From: a virus
Virus record (IMG/VR): IMGVR_UViG_3300024496_000012
Length of the DNA: 64,000 bases
Strand: one strand, 5' to 3'
Shown here: one piece after another, positions 8,381-17,006 of the stretch
How the letters are laid out: every line of letters starts with the position of its first letter
Position numbering within the stretch: the stretch's first letter is position 1
Translations under genes and position numbers: made by a program
Notes under the pieces: generated by a model
What the model saw: the letters and a program-made list of their open reading frames with translations, nothing else
Databases searched by the model: none
Told to the model about the DNA's origin: nothing

Positions 8381-9022
8381 ATGGCTGCAAGTTTAAAACA
8401 CATCGGAAAGATCAAGAACACAGGAATGAAAGTTCTTGTTGCTTTCCGTACTATCCCAGGTGATTCTCACATGTCCCTGGTTATTCCTACAGCAACGTTA
8501 CCTGATGCCTATCATGACAGCATCATGACTCTTGTCGAAACAGATCAAGCACAAGAATCGTTCGAGTTTGGTGAAATCTTACACATCCGTAGATTTCCAG
8601 ACGGGCGTCCTATGTTGCAGGCTCTGAGTCAAGACGGTCGTATGCAACGTGTCACTACTGATAATGTTATTATGACCCCTACTATCAATGCCGAAGTAGC
8701 ATTGGACGAATTAAACAATCTTATCGCAGAGCAGAAAAACTGTACTATCGATGACTTGTGTAACTTTGTCGCAGGAGCTCCTAACGCCAAAGCTAAAGAA
8801 GAAGTTCAAGAAGTAGCAAAGGTCAAGGATATGTCGGAGCCAACGACATCGGCTCCATTAAAGGCCAAGGATAATGAAGTATTGTCAGACGGTGATCTAG
8901 CTAAGAGTTATCGCAGCCAAGCTGATGCACTATACAAAGAAGCAGCTCGACTACGTAAGCAAGCAGATGAACTTGATCCGCCAAAGAAAAAAGTTAAAGC
9001 AGCTGAAGTAGAAAGTGCCTAA
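8381..9022 (+). CDS. Hypothetical protein
   Basis: GGAGG RBS before ATG 8381; globular N-terminus with a C-terminal coiled coil. Confidence 0.75.
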   Translation: MAASLKHIGKIKNTGMKVLVAFRTIPGDSHMSLVIPTATLPDAYHDSIMTLVETDQAQESFEFGEILHIRRFPDGRPMLQALSQDGRMQRVTTDNVIMTPTINAEVALDELNNLIAEQKNCTIDDLCNFVAGAPNAKAKEEVQEVAKVKDMSEPTTSAPLKAKDNEVLSDGDLAKSYRSQADALYKEAARLRKQADELDPPKKKVKAAEVESA

Positions 9023-9320
9023 ACCTTTGTTTAAACCGCCAAGACATCTCGTTAAAGAGTGGCCGGAGGTATTCGAAGACCTTTATATGAATACTATGCC
9101 GGTTGCATATCTAGAAATGATGCACATCGAGTTCCACGATGGACGGATATGGCGTATAGATATAAAAGAACAGCTCAGGGACAGTGATGCCGATTCTATA
9201 GCTTCTCAACTTCTCGAAACCATGCAAGAATATAAAGATGATATCAAGAAGTTAGATTTTAAAATCGATGTCACAAAACTAAAAGAAGATATTAGGAATT
9301 CTACTAAAGATATTTTCTAG
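9015..9320 (+). CDS. Hypothetical protein
   Basis: GTG-start ORF; its 3' end overlaps the convergent ugd gene. Confidence 0.65.
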   Translation: MPKPLFKPPRHLVKEWPEVFEDLYMNTMPVAYLEMMHIEFHDGRIWRIDIKEQLRDSDADSIASQLLETMQEYKDDIKKLDFKIDVTKLKEDIRNSTKDIF

Positions 9321-10527
9321 TATTTCCGTAATGTATCACTGTGTGGGCCGGTGACTCATACGTTCTCCAAGGATCGATAACAATCGATCCTTTTTCTATT
9401 TTACAATAGAGATTTTGATTTTCTTCGAAACCTCTATAGTCATAGGTAATCTTTCTATTATGTGCTAATAGCACAACACCATAACAGCCTTGTATGTCAT
9501 CGCCTGTTAGAGGATCGATGTACGTAGGCTTATGCCCCAGTTCTTCGCAGTAGTGACCAATCAATAAACTATAGCTTCCATCACAATACGGAACATCTGG
9601 CTTATAGGCCTTACCGTGTATAAAGATGCTCATCTTATTTTTTTCAGCATGTCTCACAAGCTCTTGGGCTAGATTTTTAGCCTGTATTTCTCTAGCATTC
9701 ATTATGGCATCAAATAAATCGTATCCTAAATCTAGGTTCTTTGCCATATATCTTAGAGCTATATTATCTCTCGGATGACAGGCACCGCCGTCTCCCATGC
9801 CTGCCTTCATATATTGTGGTCCCATGATACGCATAGTGCTCTTTGCCAATGCGTCAGTTACTACATCTACATTGATATTTCCCTGCTTGACGGCAACATC
9901 TTGTATCATGTTGACTAGGCCAATCTTGGCACTAATAAATGTGTTATAGAATACTTTGATACATTCACATTCATCCCATGTACCGATAACATACCGAGGA
10001 TCATTTTCCATGACTGTTTTGTAAAACTCGACCAACTCTTTTGCATCTCCTGTTTCGGTACCGTCCTCGGTTCCAATCATGACCATTTCAGGATTAACCA
10101 TATCCCATGCTACACTGCCCATAGCGATTAGATATGGGTTATAAACAAACCGTGTATTGGTAATATGTTGGATGAACTCTCTACGTGTGGTGCCCGGAAG
10201 TACCGTAGATATAAGAACCAACAACTGATTTTTATTCATGTACTTGTTGGCTTCTTTAAGACATTCTATAACTGTGTCATATCTAAAATCTTTTGGTTCG
10301 AGATGCGCTGTAGGACTACGGCCATCATAGTCAGGATCATGCGGAGTAGGAACTGCGATAAAAACTATATCTGCATTTTTAACACATTCTTCAATACTAG
10401 GTACTACCTTGATTAACTCACTAGATCTTTCAGATATATCATAGCCAAAAACTGTATAACCTTTTTTGGCAACTTCCTCTGCGCAAGGCAAACCTAACTT
10501 GCCTATACCAATAAAACCAATTTGCAT
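9304..10527 (-). CDS. ugd: UDP-glucose/GDP-mannose dehydrogenase family (NDP-sugar 6-dehydrogenase)
   Basis: Rossmann GFIGIGKLG, FIAVPTP, STVLPGTT, YNP..., E.IKV.YN.F, GMGDGGACHPRD (catalytic Cys) and AYKP. Start moved from 10704 to ATG 10527 (GAGGTG RBS). Confidence 0.9.
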   Translation of the reverse strand: MQIGFIGIGKLGLPCAEEVAKKGYTVFGYDISERSSELIKVVPSIEECVKNADIVFIAVPTPHDPDYDGRSPTAHLEPKDFRYDTVIECLKEANKYMNKNQLLVLISTVLPGTTRREFIQHITNTRFVYNPYLIAMGSVAWDMVNPEMVMIGTEDGTETGDAKELVEFYKTVMENDPRYVIGTWDECECIKVFYNTFISAKIGLVNMIQDVAVKQGNINVDVVTDALAKSTMRIMGPQYMKAGMGDGGACHPRDNIALRYMAKNLDLGYDLFDAIMNAREIQAKNLAQELVRHAEKNKMSIFIHGKAYKPDVPYCDGSYSLLIGHYCEELGHKPTYIDPLTGDDIQGCYGVVLLAHNRKITYDYRGFEENQNLYCKIEKGSIVIDPWRTYESPAHTVIHYGNTRKYL

Positions 10528-10536
10528 TTTCACCTC

Positions 10537-10544
10537 GATAAATA
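10537..10544 (+). promoter_or_regulatory. Late promoter motif (GA)TAAATA for the oxygenase/aminotransferase/amidinotransferase operon
   Basis: TAAATA core in the 48-nt divergent intergenic gap. Confidence 0.55.
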
Positions 10545-10556
10545 ATAGCAGCACAT

Positions 10557-10564
10557 TATTTAGT
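10557..10564 (-). promoter_or_regulatory. Late promoter motif (AC)TAAATA for ugd
   Basis: Minus-strand TAAATA core 29 nt upstream of the ugd ATG. Confidence 0.55.
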
Positions 10565-10575
10565 GGAGTATTTTT

Positions 10576-11079
10576 TTGTATAAGCAAGGTTTGATAGAAC
10601 CGTTTTGGGGTACGCATCATAGATATTTGGATTATCAAAGAGAACCATTTAACTGCTATGAAGACATCCAACTGTGGCGTTCTCAAGGATATTCTCAAAA
10701 TCATTTCACTGGTCTTTTGTATGACATGAAATCAGTCATGCCTACATGGACTGAAAAGTTTTTAACACTATTCGAAGGACAGAATCAAGGCTTGAGTTTC
10801 TACAAGATGGAGACCTGCAATGTACTTCCAACACATAAAGATACCTATAGCCTATACAAAAAAATATTCAACATAACAGATAATAACTCAATATGGCGAG
10901 CAATAATTTTCTTAGAGGACTGGAAACCAGGCCATGTATTTGAGATTGAAGGTGATCCTATTACCAAATGGAAAGCAGGAGAATATGTCTTATGGCAATA
11001 CGATGCAGCACATATGGCTGCTAATCTCGGATTAGAACCTCGATACACAGCACAGATAACATTCACTCATGTTCAATAA
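10576..11079 (+). CDS. 2OG-Fe(II) oxygenase / cupin-fold hydroxylase
   Basis: LPTHKD (HxD), distal AHMAAN (H) and PRYTAQIT (RxT) of a DSBH dioxygenase; TTG start with GGAG RBS. Confidence 0.75.
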   Translation: MYKQGLIEPFWGTHHRYLDYQREPFNCYEDIQLWRSQGYSQNHFTGLLYDMKSVMPTWTEKFLTLFEGQNQGLSFYKMETCNVLPTHKDTYSLYKKIFNITDNNSIWRAIIFLEDWKPGHVFEIEGDPITKWKAGEYVLWQYDAAHMAANLGLEPRYTAQITFTHVQ

Positions 11080-11659
11080 GATCGCAGACTTTGAAAACGC
11101 TTTATCGGAGTTTACTGGTGCTCCGTTTGTAATCACTACTGATTGCTGTACACATGCTATCGAACTATGCTTTAGATATAAAAAAGTAAAAACGACCGAG
11201 TTTACCTGTTTTACATATCTCTCTATACCTATGACCATGAAAAAACTTAATATAGAGTATAAACAGATTCCAGAAAAATGGGCAGGCGAATATAGATTTT
11301 ATGGTACAGACATATGGGATAGTGCCAGAAGGTTGCAACCCGGAATGTACATGCCTGGTATGATGCAATGCCTTAGTTTTGGTTACTCTAAACCTTTAGA
11401 CATCGGCAGAGGCGGAGCGATATTATTAGACAACTATGATGATTATAAGTCATTGTCTATGATGAGATATGATGGGAGAGATTTATCTATCTCTCCATGG
11501 CAGTCACAAAAAGAGTTTACTTTAGGATTTCATTATAAACTCAATCCAGAAGAATGCATAAAAGGTATTGAAAAACTGGAAGAATATAAGAATAATAAAA
11601 ACTTCAACATAGCATTTGTAGAATATCCAGATTGCAGAGATATAAAAATAAATGATTAG
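11069..11659 (+). CDS. Short DegT/DnrJ/EryC1/StrS-family PLP aminotransferase
   Basis: FE..LSEFTG...CCTHAIEL, WDSA, CLSF.YSK.L.IG.GGAIL (PLP lysine) and GFHYKL; only 196 aa. Confidence 0.75.
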   Translation: MFNKIADFENALSEFTGAPFVITTDCCTHAIELCFRYKKVKTTEFTCFTYLSIPMTMKKLNIEYKQIPEKWAGEYRFYGTDIWDSARRLQPGMYMPGMMQCLSFGYSKPLDIGRGGAILLDNYDDYKSLSMMRYDGRDLSISPWQSQKEFTLGFHYKLNPEECIKGIEKLEEYKNNKNFNIAFVEYPDCRDIKIND

Positions 11660-12560
11660 ATCTTACAACGAATGGGACCCGTTACAGGAAGTAATACTTG
11701 GAACGGCAACAAATGCACACTGGCCAGTAAGTTGTCCTGCATTTAGAAATCTAGAAAATATCACTGCATGGAAAGAAACTCCCGTTCCGTCTGGTTGTGT
11801 AGAACAAAGAATAGTAGACGAAACTAACGAAGATCTAGAAAATTTTAAACAAACATTAGAGTCTCTTTCTGTGAAAGTACATAGGCCCAAGGATTTAGAT
11901 TTCCAATCATTTGACGGTATGTATAACTATTGCCCAAGAGACAGAGTGTTAATAATAGGCGATAAAGCAATAGATGCTCCAATGTTATATCCCACGAGAA
12001 CAAAAGAAATAGATGCCATTGATCATTTGTTAGATAACGTTTTACATGTAGATGATGATACCGCAAAGTTTGATGCAGCTAACATATGTAGACTAAACGA
12101 TGATATTTTATATCTAATCAGTGAAAGCGGTAATAGAAATGGTGCTGTATGGTTAGAAAAAATATTTCCAACTCATAGAATACATATACTAGATAACATA
12201 TACAGCGGAGTACACATCGACAGTACCATATCTCCTATAAGAGAAGGACTAGTCGTCCTTAATGCTGATCGAATAAATGAAAGTAATCTTCCGTCAGTTT
12301 TTAAATCCTGGGATAAAATATGGGTCAGCGGAGATGATATAGTTCCGCAAGGATTTGAAGGTTATCCTTACGCCAGCAAATACATAGCTTTAAATTTTTT
12401 AACTATAAATCCTTATTTGATAATCTGCGATCCTAAACAGAGTTATCTCAGAAGACTGCTTTCTAAATATAATGTTGAAAGCATAGGTGTCGAACTTAGA
12501 CACAGTCGTACACTAGGGGGAGGTCATCATTGTGTTACACTTGATTTGGTCCGAGGATGA
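11652..12560 (+). CDS. L-arginine-dependent amidinotransferase (AGAT / StrB1-like pentein)
   Basis: SYNEWDPLQEVILG, NYCPRD, FDAANI, HIDSTI and RTLGGG.HCVTLDL.R with catalytic Asp/His/Cys. Confidence 0.9.
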   Translation: MIRSYNEWDPLQEVILGTATNAHWPVSCPAFRNLENITAWKETPVPSGCVEQRIVDETNEDLENFKQTLESLSVKVHRPKDLDFQSFDGMYNYCPRDRVLIIGDKAIDAPMLYPTRTKEIDAIDHLLDNVLHVDDDTAKFDAANICRLNDDILYLISESGNRNGAVWLEKIFPTHRIHILDNIYSGVHIDSTISPIREGLVVLNADRINESNLPSVFKSWDKIWVSGDDIVPQGFEGYPYASKYIALNFLTINPYLIICDPKQSYLRRLLSKYNVESIGVELRHSRTLGGGHHCVTLDLVRG

Positions 12561-13746
12561 TTCCTACAAACACGATATCTTTTGGAATAACATTCCTGGA
12601 TACCAAAAAAGATTAGGATATCTAAAAGAAAATCTCGTAGACGAATCTTTTCTTAGAAACATAAAGAATCCTTATTTTATATACACAGGCAATGGAAGGA
12701 TCAAATCTTTAGAATCTATTATATTAGATAAAGATACTGTCGATAAACTTAACTCAACAGAACTGTATTTTTATCTATACGAACCTAGTTGTTTTAGGAT
12801 AGGGGAACATAATAGAAGTTTTTATAGCGAAATGCGATCAGACGAAAATATCAAAGATATCATAGTCGATGAGCTAGAAAGTATAAAAATATTTGTTCAT
12901 CAAAATAATCTAAAAAGATTTCGTGTATTCACATCCGATTATAGGATACAGATACTACAAGACAACTATCCAGATATAAAAATAGATTGTTTAGATTTAT
13001 TCCTAAGAGAAATAGCAAAATGCTATAAATCATTTCCAAAATATTTTGTAAAACATAAAATAGAAAAAAAGTTTTGGTGTGGTAACTGGCGATACACTAC
13101 CCACAGACATCTAATGACCAGTTATCTTTCTCAACTCAATGGAACTTATACATGGAATCTAAAATGTTCTTACAACGAACTTAAAAATAATAACTGGTTT
13201 GATCTAGATCAGTTTCAAAAAGAAAGACCACAACAACATGAACAACTCAGAAAAGGTGTAGATTTTCTAGAAAAAAATATACTGGCTATAGATCAAAAAA
13301 TAGATTCAGTTAATGTTGTCAACTCCGATCAAGTATACATACCTGGACACAAGGCACCCGAATGGACTCAAGAGTTTTTAAAGAGCTACGAATCTAACTT
13401 CTGTGCTATCATCAATGAAACAAGATATGCACAACCGTTCGGTTACTTCAGCGAAAAAACTTTAACAGCTATTGGTAGCAGTATGCCAATAATACTAGTA
13501 GCTCCGCCACGCAGTTTAGAATATCTCAAAACTTTTGGATTTACAACATTCGGTAAATGGTGGAATGAAAGTTATGATCAAGAAGAGGATCATTATAAAA
13601 GAATGATTATGATTTTTGATATTATAGATTCTATCAACTCTAAATCTCTAGAAGAGTTACAGAAAATATATCAAGACATGCGACCTGTATTAAAGCACAA
13701 TAGAAGAATACTAGACACTATTACCTTTAACGATAAAATTGTATAG
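12532..13746 (+). CDS. Putative glycosyltransferase, GT10-like C-terminal motif (paralog 1)
   Basis: IINETRY..YFSEKTLTAI..PIILVAPP.SL.YLK..GF.TF..WNESYD.E.D..KR motif shared with ORFs 15834 and 17751; resembles the FENS...YITEK donor-binding motif of GT10. Confidence 0.5.
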   Translation: MLHLIWSEDDSYKHDIFWNNIPGYQKRLGYLKENLVDESFLRNIKNPYFIYTGNGRIKSLESIILDKDTVDKLNSTELYFYLYEPSCFRIGEHNRSFYSEMRSDENIKDIIVDELESIKIFVHQNNLKRFRVFTSDYRIQILQDNYPDIKIDCLDLFLREIAKCYKSFPKYFVKHKIEKKFWCGNWRYTTHRHLMTSYLSQLNGTYTWNLKCSYNELKNNNWFDLDQFQKERPQQHEQLRKGVDFLEKNILAIDQKIDSVNVVNSDQVYIPGHKAPEWTQEFLKSYESNFCAIINETRYAQPFGYFSEKTLTAIGSSMPIILVAPPRSLEYLKTFGFTTFGKWWNESYDQEEDHYKRMIMIFDIIDSINSKSLEELQKIYQDMRPVLKHNRRILDTITFNDKIV

Positions 13747-15832
13747 GTTGTTCTATTACAATCTGATTAGAAACTTCTGTAGAGTAATCAGAGTAATCGC
13801 TCCAGTCCCCGGTACCGGTCCAGGAATGATCAAAGGACCAATCGATATTGTTATTGAGATGTTTTTCTTCTTCGATCATAGCTACATATTCCGGCCAGTC
13901 TCTACCATCTATACCCCACCAAGGTTTAGCCAAACGCCTTGCTCTCACAGCAGCATTGCTGGTCATTCGACTAAAGTCTTGTGCAAAGAACGGTCCTTGT
14001 CTTTCTGGCTCAGCATATTCGTTGTATTCATAGGTTTGTTTAAACTTCCATTTGAAATCAGCTGACCATTTTCCGTCTTCTGTTATTTCAAACTTAAAGT
14101 CAGCATGATACGTACCTGAGCCATACTGATTACCAAACTCAGCAGAATCTAGATCGGGACTAAATCGAAGATTAAATCTATAACCACCCTTTGCCCTCCA
14201 TAGAGTTCTTAGCAATGGCCAGATCTCATTAACCAGACCATCGGCATAAGGATTGATGGTTGTTTTTATGATGTTATAATCAAACTGCTCATAACTGACT
14301 TCTCTGTCCTGCTCATTATCATAGATAATATCATAATGATATTTCTTAAGATTTGGCCTTACAGGATAGGTGATTTTCTTGCTGCCAATGATTTGATCTA
14401 GATATATGCTAATACATTTTACACGCATCAAAGTGTGTGTTCCGCCTAATCTAAAATCTTTTGTGATCCAATGTCCGAGATATTTGTGATAAGAAAGATT
14501 AAACTTATCAGGATTTTGACCTGTAATAGTTTCAGGACCCTGCCCAAATCCTATACCTGTACTCATGTTCCTAATATTCATGTCTCTGTTACGCCAGAGA
14601 AACGTCATAGTGTCTGCATAGTCTTGATATGACTCTGTCGGAAATGCCACTATCCAGTTAGTGGCTGCTTCAATACCAACAGTCTTTCCGTCTCTAAAGT
14701 TTTGTTCCATTTCTGCAATAGTGACACCTTTGGCCATATCATCTAGAACTTTTTGACTGCCAGATTCACAACCATAGTTTAGATAAACACAGCCGCTATC
14801 AGCTAGATCCTTCATATACTCTAGATCCATACGACCGTCACATCTCGCATATCCTGTCCACTTAATGTCAAGTCCTTTAGCAATAACTCCTTTAGCGAAC
14901 GCCCGAAGCTCTTTTAAGTTGCCGTTGACAAGGCTGTCAATAAACCAAAAGACTCTAGTTCCTTTTTCGTGATAGAGGTAATCTACTTCTTCAAGAGCAT
15001 CAATGGCCATGCGTTGGCGATATTTCCAAAAATGTGTTTCTTCACAGAATGTGCATTTAGCTATACAACCTCGACTAAGTTCTGTAGTAACGCCATTTGG
15101 AATCCTATAGAGATTAAAATCAATATTAGAATAATCTGGCATAGGAAACTTGTTAAGATTTAATCGTTGATCTTCGGGCTGAACTATGTACTGTTGTTCA
15201 GGATGTTCGATGCTATGTTCTATCTCGTCTAGTATTTTTAATATAGCTTCTTCGCCTTCGCCGTTTACTACATAATCATAGTATTCTTCTTTGACAAAAA
15301 ATCCCTTCTGTACATTAGGACCACCAACTGCGATCTTAACTGTTGGTAACTTCTTTTTTAACTCTTGAATCATCCATTTAGTAGGTTCTTCATTCATCTG
15401 GTAGACGCTGAAGCCAACAAGAGTAGGATTGTAATCAACTATTTCATCTAATACAGTTTTAAGATAAGGTTCTAGATATTGATGTATCTCTTGGTAGTTA
15501 TCGCCGCACCAGCGCCATATGGTTGTAGGATCCCAAAGTTTATAATCTAGTTTAGATTTGATTTCTTTTTCATAGAATCTAAAAGATTTAATGTTGGCAT
15601 CTAATACCTTGCTTGCATAACCTGCTTGCCGAGAAACTGCCGATAGCCTGCACAGATTAAAAGGAGGAAACTCTGCTGCCCACTGTGGTAGCAGTACTAA
15701 CATCAGCTTAGTCTTGCGCTCAGCCTGCTGTATAACAACCGTAGTCGTATTTCTTTGTTCTACAGGTTTAGCATATTGAGCTATAGCCTTGAGAGTCGTT
15801 ATATGTTTATCATTGCCTTCTTCGTAGGGCAT
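13727..15832 (-). CDS. B12-binding-domain radical SAM protein (class B methyltransferase-like)
   Basis: N-terminal B12 domain (PP..L..L; LVGFSV; AVGGP.V; VVNGEGE), SRGCIAKCTFC, FIDSL.N and GCESGSQKVLD.M.KG. Confidence 0.88.
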   Translation of the reverse strand: MPYEEGNDKHITTLKAIAQYAKPVEQRNTTTVVIQQAERKTKLMLVLLPQWAAEFPPFNLCRLSAVSRQAGYASKVLDANIKSFRFYEKEIKSKLDYKLWDPTTIWRWCGDNYQEIHQYLEPYLKTVLDEIVDYNPTLVGFSVYQMNEEPTKWMIQELKKKLPTVKIAVGGPNVQKGFFVKEEYYDYVVNGEGEEAILKILDEIEHSIEHPEQQYIVQPEDQRLNLNKFPMPDYSNIDFNLYRIPNGVTTELSRGCIAKCTFCEETHFWKYRQRMAIDALEEVDYLYHEKGTRVFWFIDSLVNGNLKELRAFAKGVIAKGLDIKWTGYARCDGRMDLEYMKDLADSGCVYLNYGCESGSQKVLDDMAKGVTIAEMEQNFRDGKTVGIEAATNWIVAFPTESYQDYADTMTFLWRNRDMNIRNMSTGIGFGQGPETITGQNPDKFNLSYHKYLGHWITKDFRLGGTHTLMRVKCISIYLDQIIGSKKITYPVRPNLKKYHYDIIYDNEQDREVSYEQFDYNIIKTTINPYADGLVNEIWPLLRTLWRAKGGYRFNLRFSPDLDSAEFGNQYGSGTYHADFKFEITEDGKWSADFKWKFKQTYEYNEYAEPERQGPFFAQDFSRMTSNAAVRARRLAKPWWGIDGRDWPEYVAMIEEEKHLNNNIDWSFDHSWTGTGDWSDYSDYSTEVSNQIVIEQPIQFYR

Positions 15833-15833
15833 A

Positions 15834-17006
15834 TCACAACTCCGTAATAAATCGTTTCTTAGACATCAACATGTTATAGTTATAATCACATATTTCACGA
15901 GCAGATTTAAGAAAGTTTTCTAGTTCTGTTTCTGAAAGATTACATAGTCTTTCAATCTCGTCTAAAATCTTTAGCATACGTTTTCCGTCGTCTGTTTCAA
16001 GATCATAACTCTCATCGATAATAGAGGAAAAGGTTTTGTAACCCATTATTCTGTATATGTCTAAACTGTTAGGCACAGATACTAGAATAAATGGATGCTT
16101 CATAGCGATTGGCTTCCATGCTTTCTCACTTAAAAATCTCGCACTGTGGTACCACTCTTTTGTAAAATAAGTAGTTTCAGCTACAACACTAAAATAGGTA
16201 TCTTCATAATATCTATTAGTGTCTATAGTCGACTCAGCCCTGTTAATATGTAGCTCTTCGGTATCTAGATACATAGGAGGCAGATTCTTTACTCCCTCAG
16301 CACGTTTAAGAATATCTAATATATCCTTGTCGTTGCGGAAGTAATGCATGAGCTCTGGCCATTTATGGTTCCATGTATCTCTCTGATCACATGGTCCGAA
16401 GCTGATGAACGCTTGTTCGATCAGATTCTTTCCATAGAGCAATGCTGTTAGAAAAGGTCTATGCAATCTCCAACGTCTATTAAGGTTTAGAAACTTTTTG
16501 TTATACTTTTTATTTTCTAATGTTCTTGGAAGTTGTTTTTTGTAAAGATGCAGTACGGCATTCTGCAGATCCTGTTCAAAAACTGTATACCAGAATATTC
16601 TTATAGGATCTAGATTTAATTTCTTAGCGATATAACGACTGTATTCGCCAGCGTCATACATATTAGTCAACAATATTATCTGAGATGCCGGAATACCATC
16701 TCTCATGACTATATTTTGATATATCGAATCTATAGCCCTCTCAAACGGCTCTAAGGTATTGTCTAATATCAAGAACGCTTGCTTGTTTACGATCCTACCT
16801 AACGACTCTTTGTCGATTAGATCTTTCATGTTATAGATTTTAAAACTATTCTCGCACGAGAATAAAGCATACCATGCTTCAAAATCAAAACCCGGTTGCT
16901 GCGAAAGTGTATCGATCGCTGCTGTTTTATTATCAGTCCATGTGATTTTAGGATCACTAGGATTATAGGTATTGATAAGAGGAATAGATTTATTGAGTAA
17001 GATCAT
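15834..17006 (-). CDS. Putative glycosyltransferase, GT10-like C-terminal motif (paralog 2)
   Basis: FLNLNRR.R.HR; FSVVAETTY..FLSEKAWKPI..HPFILV..PNSL...GYKTF..IDESYD.E.D..KR. Confidence 0.5.
   Translation of the reverse strand: MILLNKSIPLINTYNPSDPKITWTDNKTAAIDTLSQQPGFDFEAWYALFSCENSFKIYNMKDLIDKESLGRIVNKQAFLILDNTLEPFERAIDSIYQNIVMRDGIPASQIILLTNMYDAGEYSRYIAKKLNLDPIRIFWYTVFEQDLQNAVLHLYKKQLPRTLENKKYNKKFLNLNRRWRLHRPFLTALLYGKNLIEQAFISFGPCDQRDTWNHKWPELMHYFRNDKDILDILKRAEGVKNLPPMYLDTEELHINRAESTIDTNRYYEDTYFSVVAETTYFTKEWYHSARFLSEKAWKPIAMKHPFILVSVPNSLDIYRIMGYKTFSSIIDESYDLETDDGKRMLKILDEIERLCNLSETELENFLKSAREICDYNYNMLMSKKRFITEL

Noticed and set aside
11652-12560. Amidinotransferase as the archaeosine (dG+) synthase completing the folE/queE pathway
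   Set aside because: Known preQ0-to-G+ enzymes are ArcS, QueF-like or GAT-QueC. This protein is an AGAT/StrB1-type pentein that transfers an amidino group to an amine, and it sits in a late sugar operon about 6.7 kb from queE.
12557-12616. ATGA-coupled start at 12557 suggesting a frameshift in the GT10-like ORF
   Set aside because: That frame closes after 19 codons. GTG 12532 has a well-spaced AGGGGGAGG RBS and opens the full 404-aa ORF.
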